Below, piece by piece: positions 1-8,293 of a stretch of 64,000 nucleotides of DNA. A program made the translations under genes and the position numbers. Positions within the stretch are counted from its first letter, which is position 1, and each line of letters starts with the position of its first letter. The stretch is from an uncultured Candidatus Micrarchaeota archaeon (GTDB taxonomy: Archaea > Micrarchaeota > Micrarchaeia > Burarchaeales > Fermentimicrarchaeaceae): assembly GCA_963760615.1 (NCBI GenBank), contig CAVXDX010000003.1:32001-96000 (forward strand), read 5' to 3'. The notes below the pieces were generated by a model that saw only the letters and a program-made list of their open reading frames with translations, was not told the origin of the DNA and ran no database searches.

Positions 1-46
1 CAGAAGGTTCTTTTCGGCTCAATTAGGGATATACTGAAGTGATGCT

Positions 47-448
47 ATGAAAATAAAAGGAAGAGCAATTTCAAAAGGAAAAGCAGAGGGAGAAGCTCTT
101 GTCAGCAGGGAAGCAATAAGCTTCCTTGGAGAGCTTGACACGAAGACAGGGGTTGTGGTCAACTCAAAGCACCCCCTCTTCAACAAATGCATAGCGGGCA
201 AAATTCTGGTCTTCCCTAGGGGCAGGGGCTCAACTGTAGGTTCGTACGCAATGTACCAGCTCAAGAAAAATGGAAAGGCCCCCAAGGCAATCATCAATGA
301 AGAGGCCGAGGTGATTGTCGCAGTAGGTGCAATCATTTCTGAAATTCCCATGGTTGACAAGCTGGAGAGGAAAGGATTCAAGCTTATAAAGAATGGAAGC
401 AAAGTTGTTGTGGATGGAAATAAAGGTATTGTCGAGGTATCAAAATGA
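47..448 (+). CDS. DUF126 / aconitase X swivel-domain protein (phosphomevalonate dehydratase small subunit)
   Basis: G-A-G-ALVS...ISFLG-D-KTG and [13 protein letters not shown] motifs; overlaps ipk by 4 bp. Confidence 0.85.
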   Translation: MKIKGRAISKGKAEGEALVSREAISFLGELDTKTGVVVNSKHPLFNKCIAGKILVFPRGRGSTVGSYAMYQLKKNGKAPKAIINEEAEVIVAVGAIISEIPMVDKLERKGFKLIKNGSKVVVDGNKGIVEVSK

Positions 449-1242
449 GCGAATTGGTGTTTGCCAAGCTCGGCGGAAGCCTCATAACTGACAAGACTAG
501 GCCTTTCACTGCAAGGATGGACGTCATAAAGAGGCTTTCAAAGGAGATTCACGAAGCAGAGGGAGAGGGAAAGCTCAAGCTCCTGGTTGGGCATGGCGGT
601 GGTTCATTCCCTCATGTCCCCGCCAAGAAATATCAGGTGCACAAGGGAGTCATAAACCCGGAAACCTACAGGGGCATCGCAGAGGTGCAGGATGCTGCAT
701 CAAAGCTGAACAGGATAGTTGTTGAAAGCCTGATTGAGGCTGGGGAGAATGCAGTTTCTGTGCAGCCCTCAGCCTGTGCACTTGCGAGCGAGGGCAGAAT
801 AGTCCATTTTGATGTGCGACCTCTGAAAAAAATGTTGTCTCAAAATCTCCTGCCAGTCCCTTACGGTGACGTTGTTGTGGATTTGAAGAGGGGCTGCTCA
901 ATACTATCCACAGAGATGATTTTCGACTACCTGGCAAGGAAGCTCAAGCCGAGCAGGATTATCCTTGCTGGCGTAACCGATGGTGTTTTCACCTCAGACC
1001 CGCAGCTTGACAAGAAGGCAGAGAGGATTCCTGAGATAACGCCTGCCAATTTTGATAGCATAAAAGCCTCTCTCACAGGCTCCCATGGCATAGATGTAAC
1101 TGGAGGGATGCTGCACAAGGTTGAGATACTTCTGGGGCTTGCCGAGCTTGGAATTCCCAGCAATATAATAAATGGACTGGAGGAAGGGAACCTGAGGAAT
1201 GCTCTGCTTGGAAAAAAAATCGGGACCTTTATCCACAAGTGA
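445..1242 (+). CDS. ipk: isopentenyl phosphate kinase (amino-acid kinase fold)
   Basis: [28 protein letters not shown] and DVTGGM-HK motifs; mevalonate gene context. Confidence 0.9.
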   Translation: MSELVFAKLGGSLITDKTRPFTARMDVIKRLSKEIHEAEGEGKLKLLVGHGGGSFPHVPAKKYQVHKGVINPETYRGIAEVQDAASKLNRIVVESLIEAGENAVSVQPSACALASEGRIVHFDVRPLKKMLSQNLLPVPYGDVVVDLKRGCSILSTEMIFDYLARKLKPSRIILAGVTDGVFTSDPQLDKKAERIPEITPANFDSIKASLTGSHGIDVTGGMLHKVEILLGLAELGIPSNIINGLEEGNLRNALLGKKIGTFIHK

Positions 1243-1275
1243 TGCTCTAAATTTATAAACCTGCTACAAATATAT

Positions 1276-2367
1276 ATGGCAAAATCCGCTATCCAGGATA
1301 GGAAATCTTCGCATATGAAGATATGCTCCACGGAGAGTGTTGAATTCAATGAAAAGACCACGGGCTTGGAAGATATAGATTTTGTGCACAAGGCGCTTCC
1401 GGAGTTGGACTTAAGGAAGATAGACATATCCTGCGACATGTTTGGGAAGAAGCTCTCTGCCCCTTTCCTCATTGAATCAATCACTGGGGGGTCTGCAGAG
1501 GCAAAGAAGATAAACCAGTCCCTGGCAAAAGCAGCAGAGCAGGCAGGAGTTGCCATGGGGCTTGGCTCTCTGCGAGCAATGATCGAAAACCCTTCTCTGA
1601 TGGATACATACTGGGTGAGGGATGTGGCGCCGGGCATATTCCTGCTTGGCAACATAGGTATAGCGCAGCTTATGGAGTATGATGTCAGCAGGATAGCTGA
1701 AGCCCTTATGCAGTTGAAAGCAGATGCACTCTTCGTACATCTCAATTCCCTTCAGGAGGCAATTCAGCCCGAGGGGAATAAGAATTTTGAGGGATGTCTT
1801 TCCCTCCTTGGAAAGCTCACATCCCAGCTCAAAATGCCTGTAATAATAAAAGAAACTGGCGCAGGCATCTCCAGGGAGGTCGCCATTGAACTCAAGAATG
1901 CAGGTGTGAAGGGAATAGACGTCGGAGGGGCAGGCGGAACCTCATGGGGTGGTGTTGAGCTTCTCAGGAATTCAAACGGCCATAAATCTTTCTGGGAGTG
2001 GGGCATCCCCACTGCGCTCTCTGTAGTCGAGGTGGCAAGCGTGTGCAAGCTTCCTCTCATTGCAAGCGGGGGAATCCGCTCCGGATGCGATGCTGCAAAG
2101 GCAATTGCACTGGGAGCAGACTACGCAGGGGCAGCACTTCCCTTCTTCAAGAGCGCCGAGAAGGGGGAGGATGCAGTTGCTGAGGAGTTGGGGAGATGGA
2201 AGGAGCAGCTCAAAACCTGCATGTTCCTGACAGGTTCCAAAAACCTGAAGGCATTGAAGAATGCTCAGCTCATAATAACTGGGCGGACTGCAGAGCTATT
2301 TAGATTAAGAGGGGTGAGCCCAGAGGGGTTTGCCAACAGGAGAGAGCATTCCAAAGCCATACTCTAG
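1276..2367 (+). CDS. fni: type 2 isopentenyl-diphosphate delta-isomerase (FMN)
   Basis: RK--H, ITGG, HLNSLQEAIQPEG, IKETGAG, GAGGTSW and ASGGIRSG motifs. Confidence 0.95.
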   Translation: MAKSAIQDRKSSHMKICSTESVEFNEKTTGLEDIDFVHKALPELDLRKIDISCDMFGKKLSAPFLIESITGGSAEAKKINQSLAKAAEQAGVAMGLGSLRAMIENPSLMDTYWVRDVAPGIFLLGNIGIAQLMEYDVSRIAEALMQLKADALFVHLNSLQEAIQPEGNKNFEGCLSLLGKLTSQLKMPVIIKETGAGISREVAIELKNAGVKGIDVGGAGGTSWGGVELLRNSNGHKSFWEWGIPTALSVVEVASVCKLPLIASGGIRSGCDAAKAIALGADYAGAALPFFKSAEKGEDAVAEELGRWKEQLKTCMFLTGSKNLKALKNAQLIITGRTAELFRLRGVSPEGFANRREHSKAIL

Positions 2368-2440
2368 AAATGTTTATATACACCCGATTACCTATACAAT
2401 ACCTAGTATATTTAAAAAATATTAAAAGGAGGCGGTATCT

Positions 2441-2998
2441 ATGGGTGGAAAAAGGATTTTGTATGCGTTGATATTGCTTGCACTCATTGGGATGGTGCAG
2501 GCAGACATCATAACATATTTGGGTCAGTATGTATACCCCACAAGTGGGACACAGTACGGTTCTGCCACTCCGACTTTTACATGCGATTACTTCTATTACT
2601 TAAATTCTACTCTCTCTCGTGTGCAAGGCGCATATGTACTGGTGATGTTAGATGGTATAAATCATACAGCAACTTACTCAGGCACTGGCTACAGCTTCTC
2701 AGGAGCGACTATCTCCGCAGGCGCTCATAACTGGTATTGCATTGCTTCCGCGCCAGGATACCCGTACAAGATAGGCCCAACTCAGACATACACAGTGCTG
2801 CAACAAACTGGCGGCGGCGGAGGTGGCGGAGGTGGCGGTCGCCACTACATGATGGAGCCAACAGAGCAGATAACCATGGGAAGCCCATGGGCTCTGGCAG
2901 TGGTGGCCATAGCAATAATAGGTATAGTTATTGGCTACTTCATCTTGAGGGAAGCACTAACAGTGGCTGTTGCAAAACCAAGGAAGAAAACAAAATAA
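2441..2998 (+). CDS. secreted membrane-anchored protein: signal peptide, beta-rich domain, Gly10 linker, C-terminal TM plus basic tail
   Basis: GGAGG RBS; hydrophobic N-terminus; GGN-codon run at 2810-2839; C-terminal anchor shared with 11055..13706. Confidence 0.8.
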   Translation: MGGKRILYALILLALIGMVQADIITYLGQYVYPTSGTQYGSATPTFTCDYFYYLNSTLSRVQGAYVLVMLDGINHTATYSGTGYSFSGATISAGAHNWYCIASAPGYPYKIGPTQTYTVLQQTGGGGGGGGGGRHYMMEPTEQITMGSPWALAVVAIAIIGIVIGYFILREALTVAVAKPRKKTK

Positions 2999-3000
2999 CA

Positions 3001-3519
3001 TCAGCCCAGGGCAAACTCCAGCTCAAGCTTGGGGTTTGCCACTATCCATTTATACAGAAGCGGGCTCAGGAAGTACGCCATAGGCAAATTCCCTAGCAGA
3101 TGATAGAGGGTAAAAGGGATCTGCCCAATCAATGTCACTTCCAAACTCTGGCCGAACTGCATTCCAAAAGCCAGCGCAGTCACGGCATCGTAGAATATGG
3201 TTGCAAAGAATGCAAATGCAAGGTAATCTTTTCCTTTTGCTTCCTTTTTATTTGACAGCCACCACCATGCAGCGTAGCCAACCACTCCGTATGCAACTGA
3301 AGTATACACAGTCCAGTAGCCCACTCTGCCAACAACAACATCCAGTGCAATGACTGAAAGAGCAGCAAATAGGAAGCCTGCATACCCGCCGAATTCCTTG
3401 GCAAATGGCATTGATGCAGTCATTACAGGCTCAACATTCGGAGGTCTTGGAAGGACCCTCACAAAAACACAGAAAATGAATGCCAGGATGCATTTTGCAG
3501 AGTTCCTGAGCTCTTTCAT
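3001..3519 (-). CDS. ECF transporter S component, probably for cobalamin
   Basis: R--P-PPNVEPV motif, multiple TM segments, FYD--T motif; overlaps the DUF4430 gene by 4 bp. Confidence 0.7.
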   Translation of the reverse strand: MKELRNSAKCILAFIFCVFVRVLPRPPNVEPVMTASMPFAKEFGGYAGFLFAALSVIALDVVVGRVGYWTVYTSVAYGVVGYAAWWWLSNKKEAKGKDYLAFAFFATIFYDAVTALAFGMQFGQSLEVTLIGQIPFTLYHLLGNLPMAYFLSPLLYKWIVANPKLELEFALG

Positions 3520-4334
3520 TCCATCACCCTCTGTATAAAATACAAAAGCAGCAGGACCAGAACCACACCTGCCCCGAGAATCTCAGGTGAAACTCCTGCA
3601 GCTGCCATCCCAACAGATGCGGGCTTCTCTTCTGAAGTAGCGGGACTCTCCAGCGAAACCTCAGCTGACTTCATAACATTTGTTACTCTGGGCAGGCTTA
3701 CGGAATATTTTGGAGAGCTGTAGCTGTAGACTCCCACTTCACTGGCGTTGAAGGTTGCCTCCCCGCTCTCATTTGTTACAAGTTCCTTCCTGCCTTTTGG
3801 AGAATCAACAATTATGCTCTCATAAGCCAGAGGGTTGCCATCCCCAGAAACCATCTTCACAATAACAGTCCCGCCTGCGGTTGTTGTATCTGGAGCGATA
3901 ATCTCAGCCTCCCCGCTCTTCTCATTGCACACCTCGCTGAAAGATTTAAGCGCTGGTTCATCTCCGTACGCCCCCCATCTGAAACCAAGAACGTCGCCAT
4001 CTCTAACGTAATACTTGCTCACACCAACAGGGGAATACGACCAACTGCCATTCTCAACATAATAGAAACCCCAGTAACTGGATTGGCAGAAGCAGTTATC
4101 CAAGTCGCAGCCAGTATCCTCCATTTTGCATAGGGCTGCCCCAAGAGTGCTTCCATAATCCTTTGTGACCACCTGCACTCCTGAACTTTTGAGGACATCC
4201 AATGCGCTGTTTCCGCTTTGGAATTCAACGCATTTCATTATAGAGCTTGAATTGCCGTACTGAATCACCACACCCGCTTTCTCAGCAAAAACAAGAGTGG
4301 ACAACACAAGAAATGCGAGAATGAATTTCCTCAA
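3516..4334 (-). CDS. DUF4430 (transcobalamin C-terminal-like) surface protein with Ig-like domain and C-terminal TM
   Basis: SALDVL...YG...C...YWGFY...WSYSPVGVS-Y-V-DGDVLGFRW; TTG start at 4334 after an AGGTGG RBS, shorter than the track ORF. Confidence 0.7.
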   Translation of the reverse strand: MRKFILAFLVLSTLVFAEKAGVVIQYGNSSSIMKCVEFQSGNSALDVLKSSGVQVVTKDYGSTLGAALCKMEDTGCDLDNCFCQSSYWGFYYVENGSWSYSPVGVSKYYVRDGDVLGFRWGAYGDEPALKSFSEVCNEKSGEAEIIAPDTTTAGGTVIVKMVSGDGNPLAYESIIVDSPKGRKELVTNESGEATFNASEVGVYSYSSPKYSVSLPRVTNVMKSAEVSLESPATSEEKPASVGMAAAGVSPEILGAGVVLVLLLLYFIQRVME

Positions 4335-4383
4335 GAGACCACCTTGCAAATATTGCTCAATACAACTATATATAAGTTGTGAG

Positions 4384-4794
4384 TCATCCAAGTCTCTCAA
4401 GTGGAATCAATGCGTTCTCGCAAATTTCTGAGATGTGAACTCTTCTCCTTCCGTTCCTGATGATATGTTTTGATGTCTTGGGCTTCATAAGCCTGCCGCT
4501 CAGGCCGGCCTTCAGCACTTCATCTTTTGTCATCTCCCCGCCATCCCACTTCTCAACATGTATATCTTCCGAAGTATAATCAACGAACTTCACTGCAACT
4601 TTGGAGCAGTCGAGCTTCTTCAGCGCATCGCACCTGCAGTGCCCATCCAGTATCACCATAGTGTTCCTGTCAACCACTATGGGTTTGATGAGCACCCCTC
4701 TCCTCCTCATGTCATCCTTAAGCTCTTCAACTCTGCTCTCAAGAGGCAGCTCATGAGCCCTCAGCTCAGAGAGAAGAATGATGCTGAATCTCAT
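4384..4794 (-). CDS. minimal SerK/SbnI-like free serine kinase (ParB/Srx fold)
   Basis: L--HE, KPIVV, ILDGH-R, DY---I-V-KW and TK-EV---G-----PKTSKH motifs; ATG at 4794 with a GAGGTGA RBS overlapping the trpB2 stop. Confidence 0.7.
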   Translation of the reverse strand: MRFSIILLSELRAHELPLESRVEELKDDMRRRGVLIKPIVVDRNTMVILDGHCRCDALKKLDCSKVAVKFVDYTSEDIHVEKWDGGEMTKDEVLKAGLSGRLMKPKTSKHIIRNGRRRVHISEICENALIPLERLG

Positions 4795-4799
4795 AGGCA

Positions 4800-6093
4800 T
4801 CACCTCTGGACTTCATAGCTGCTCAAGTCAAGCAGGCCGTGCCCCGAGAAGTTGAATGCAATTATCCTTTCCTCAGAGCACTTTCTTGCTTCATCTATAA
4901 CTGCCTTTATTGCATGCGCTGTCTCTGGCGCAGGCACAATACCCTCGGTTCTTACGAATATCCGCGCAGCATCAAAAACCTCTTCCTGCCCGTAGGCAAC
5001 GGAGCTTACAACTCCCTCTTTTATGAGCAGGCTGAGAGAAGGAGCCTTCCCGTGATACCTCAAACCAGCTGCATGTATCGGAGGCGGGATGAACTTGTGC
5101 CCAAGAGTATACATCTCAATGAGAGGAGTCATTTCTGCTGTATCTCCATAGTCATACCTGTACTGACCTTTGGTTGTTGATGGAACCGCGGTAGGCTCCA
5201 CGGCGAGAAACTTCGTTTCAATTTTTCCCTGCAACCTATCCCTCACAAACGGGTAGCAGAAGCCAGAGAAGTTGCTCCCACCCCCTATGCAGCCCACCAT
5301 GAGGTCAGGCACGACATCAATCTGCTTGAACTGCAGCATAGTCTCTTCCCCAATCACTGTTTGGTGGAGCAGCACATGGTTTAGAACACTTCCCAGAGAA
5401 TACTTGGTATTCTTTGATTTTAGTGTGAATTCAATCGCCTCGCTTATTGCAACCCCCAAGCTTCCAGGGTGGTCAGGCATCTCTTTTAGGCATGCCCTTC
5501 CGCTCTCAGTTATGCTACTAGGGGATGGATGCACCTTACCTCCAAAGAGTTGCATAAGCGTTTTTCTGTAAGGCTTGCTATCATAGCTGCTCCTTGTCAT
5601 GAAAACCTCGCATTCCAGACCAAATAGCATGCATGCATAGCTTAGAGCAGTGCCCCACTGCCCCGCGCCAGTCTCCGTAGCCAGCTTCTCCACCCCTTCC
5701 TTGGATGCATAATACGTCTGGGCTATTGCAGTATTCGGCTTGTGTGAGCCGCAGGGGTTGGTATCCTCCCTTTTATAGTAGATTCTCGCCTTTGTTTTCA
5801 GATATTTCTCAAGCCTCGTAGCCCTATACAGCGGTGTTGGCCTGCCCAGTCTAAGATACGCCTCCCTAACTTCCTCAGGAATCCTCACTCTCTCCTCCAT
5901 GCACATCTCCTGCCTCACTCCCTCCCTTGTGAAGATTCTCATCAGATCCTCTGGAGCTACAGGTTTCATGGTTGCAGGGTTAAGAGGCGGATTCAAAGGC
6001 CTTGGCAAAAAAGGCAGTATGTTGCAGTAATAGCGCGGCAGCTCTTCCTGCTCAAGAATCAGCTTTATCTCCCCAAAGACAATCCCTTTTCAT
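4800..6093 (-). CDS. trpB2: tryptophan synthase beta chain type 2 (TrpB2), interrupted by a +1 frame change near codon 6-7
   Basis: [11 protein letters not shown] (PLP lysine), [18 protein letters not shown] and GLRYHG motifs; conserved N-terminus [19 protein letters not shown] lies 5' of the track TTG (6008), in a frame closed by TGA at 6092-6090. Confidence 0.92.
6052..6093 (-). promoter_or_regulatory. leader [16 protein letters not shown] containing a candidate +1 shift site CUU-UGG-G (6078-6072)
   Basis: GAGGTG RBS 7 nt before ATG 6093; AGG GAT TGT CTT TGG G resembles prfB AGG GGG TAT CTT TGA C; the +1 frame is trpB2. Confidence 0.6.
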
Positions 6094-6167
6094 TTTTCAT
6101 CACCTCGCAAGTGGGAAGGATTGGAACAATACACACTTTTAAGCTTTTCTGAACAAAAATATACATT

Positions 6168-6668
6168 ATGTACAGAATGCTCGAGAAAGCCTTTGCCGAG
6201 TCTCCAGGGAAGAGAAAGGTTGTGGAAGCACTGTTGAGGTACGGTTTAAGGGTTGATGATAAAGGCAGAATATTCTGCTCAGAGATAGAGCTCTCCCCTG
6301 CCAAGATGGCCCGGGCTCTTGGAGTTGACAGGAGAGTGGTCATAGAAACTGGGAGGATGCTCGCACAGGATGACGAGCTTTATGGCATATTCTCACAGCT
6401 GCTTCCAACCGCGTTCATAGGAAAAGCAGCGCACAAGCTCGGCTTTGAGAGCATAGAGATAAGGGCTGAGCCTCATGAGAAAGGCATAGTTGCCAAGGTT
6501 GCAACTGTGGTATCAGAGAGAGGCATAGTTATACGGCAGATAGTGGCGGATGACCCTGACATATATCCTGAGCCAAAGCTCACTCTCATACTTGAGAAGA
6601 GGCTTGACGGTGCAACAATAGACAGACTGAGGAGAATAAAAGGAGTAAATGAAATTGTAATAAGATGA
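6168..6668 (+). CDS. ACT-domain regulator of amino-acid metabolism (COG2150-like)
   Basis: N-terminal HTH-like K-A-ALGVDRRVV and C-terminal ACT-like GI-A-V---S-GI-IRQI---DP; divergent from trpB2. Confidence 0.8.
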   Translation: MYRMLEKAFAESPGKRKVVEALLRYGLRVDDKGRIFCSEIELSPAKMARALGVDRRVVIETGRMLAQDDELYGIFSQLLPTAFIGKAAHKLGFESIEIRAEPHEKGIVAKVATVVSERGIVIRQIVADDPDIYPEPKLTLILEKRLDGATIDRLRRIKGVNEIVIR

Positions 6669-6683
6669 AATGATGGTGTGCAC

Positions 6684-7973
6684 ATGGAACTAGATTTCCT
6701 TTCCAGGCTTGTGGAGCTTGACACGAACTCTGACTCAAAAAGCAACTATAAAAGATGTACAGAACTTGTGAAAAGCAAGGCAGAATCCGTTGGGTTACAC
6801 GCAGAAATTTACAATGCGCCAGCAAAAGGAGAAAAACAGTACCCCAATGTTCTAATTGAGCTTGAAGCAGCTGCAGAGCAGACTCTGCTTCTTGCAACCC
6901 ACTATGACGTAGTCGCAGCAGGGGAGGGGTGGAAGCGCCAGCCCTTCAAACTTACAATTGAAGGAAACAGGGCATACGGAAGAGGTGCTGCAGATGACAA
7001 GGGAGGCATCATTTCTGCTCTCTCAGCAATGGAAACCCTCAAGAAAAAGAGCTCTTCGAAAGTGAATGTAAAGCTTCTTGTAACATGCGACGAGGAGGTT
7101 GGCGGTGAAAAGGGGCTCGGATTTCTTATGGCTATTAAAAAGCAAGGCAGTTTTCTCATTGACGGCGATGCAGCCGTACTGATTGACTCCGGCCCGAGAG
7201 TTCACATAGGCTCAAGCGGAAGGGCTGCCGGCAGAATACAAGCAACAGGCCCGCTCCCCGGGCTTATAACGCTTCTGTCCGGGGTAATAGACTACTCAAA
7301 AAACAGGGAGAAAGTCCTCTCAAACCTTACAAGCACATCAGCTGGAAGAAGAGTCTGGGGCAGGATTTCCGTGACAATGCTCGAGCTGAGCGGGGGTGCT
7401 GTTGAATACGCAAAAGCAGGAGTTAAGTCCAATGTAATACCGGGAGAATGCCGCTTAAAGCTGAAAGGAGAGGAGGAGAGGTTGATTCTTGGAAAGCAGG
7501 GCCATGCTGGCTATCCTCATCTTGTGAAGAATGCCATAAACCTGTCTCTGCCGTTGCTGAAGAAGGCCGCAGAGCTGTCCGATGCCAAAGGAAAATGCGA
7601 GTTAGTTTTTGACCTTAGGACAATCCCCGAGGAGAATCTCGATTCTGCCATTTCTGATTTTGAAAAGTACATACGGTTAATAAACCCAAAAATTGAGCTT
7701 AGAATAGAAGAGAGAACCGATGGATATGCTTTGCCCGAATCCGACCATTTTGTTAATATGATGAAGAATGCGACTGGGGAGAAACATGCTTACGGAGAGC
7801 TGGGAGGGACAGACGCCCAGTTTTTCGTCAGGAAGAACATACCTTCAATCTGCTTCGGACCAATTTCAGATAAGAGCAATATACACGGCAAGGATGAATT
7901 TGTTAGACTGGAGGATTTGGAGTTTGTCTCCACCTCACTTGTGAAATTGTGTGAGAATTGGAGGAATCTATAA
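6684..7973 (+). CDS. M20 family metallopeptidase/amidohydrolase
   Basis: THYDVV, YGRGAADDKG, DEEVGG, GGTDA and IHG-DE metal-binding motifs. Confidence 0.88.
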   Translation: MELDFLSRLVELDTNSDSKSNYKRCTELVKSKAESVGLHAEIYNAPAKGEKQYPNVLIELEAAAEQTLLLATHYDVVAAGEGWKRQPFKLTIEGNRAYGRGAADDKGGIISALSAMETLKKKSSSKVNVKLLVTCDEEVGGEKGLGFLMAIKKQGSFLIDGDAAVLIDSGPRVHIGSSGRAAGRIQATGPLPGLITLLSGVIDYSKNREKVLSNLTSTSAGRRVWGRISVTMLELSGGAVEYAKAGVKSNVIPGECRLKLKGEEERLILGKQGHAGYPHLVKNAINLSLPLLKKAAELSDAKGKCELVFDLRTIPEENLDSAISDFEKYIRLINPKIELRIEERTDGYALPESDHFVNMMKNATGEKHAYGELGGTDAQFFVRKNIPSICFGPISDKSNIHGKDEFVRLEDLEFVSTSLVKLCENWRNL

Positions 7974-7993
7974 TCTAAGAGGCGCGCAGGAGT

Positions 7994-8209
7994 CTATCGC
8001 TTCCTTTTTCTCCCCTTTACTTTGGCATTTATGTTCGCTGCTGCTTCCCCAGTTACAACATCGCGGTTCCTAGCCTCCTCCATAGCCTGTCTTGCAATAT
8101 TACTACTTATGCTCTCAGCAGCTATCACAGCAAATGACGAAAGACTCTCGATACTCCCTTCCTTTCCTTCGTGCAATCCCAACTCTCCCCTTCTCTGCCT
8201 CAATGCCAT
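7994..8209 (-). CDS. small hypothetical protein with basic C-terminus
   Basis: fills the gap between M20 and mvk; no recognisable motif. Confidence 0.35.
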   Translation of the reverse strand: MALRQRRGELGLHEGKEGSIESLSSFAVIAAESISSNIARQAMEEARNRDVVTGEAAANINAKVKGRKRKR

Positions 8210-8293
8210 GAAAACCGATTACTCTATGCCGTTCCGACTATATAAATATTCCCGCGCGTCATCAATATTAATATTCGTTGCATAATCTATCCC

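Noticed and set aside
4384-4803. Chromosome-partition ParB
   Set aside because: There is no HTH or dimerisation domain and no ParA neighbour; the C-terminal PKT-x-H motif and trpB2 coupling fit SerK/SbnI better.
5985-6008. TTG at 6008 as the true trpB2 start (ORF track)
   Set aside because: It has no RBS and would remove the conserved IKL-L-EEE-P--YN-LP segment encoded in frame just upstream.
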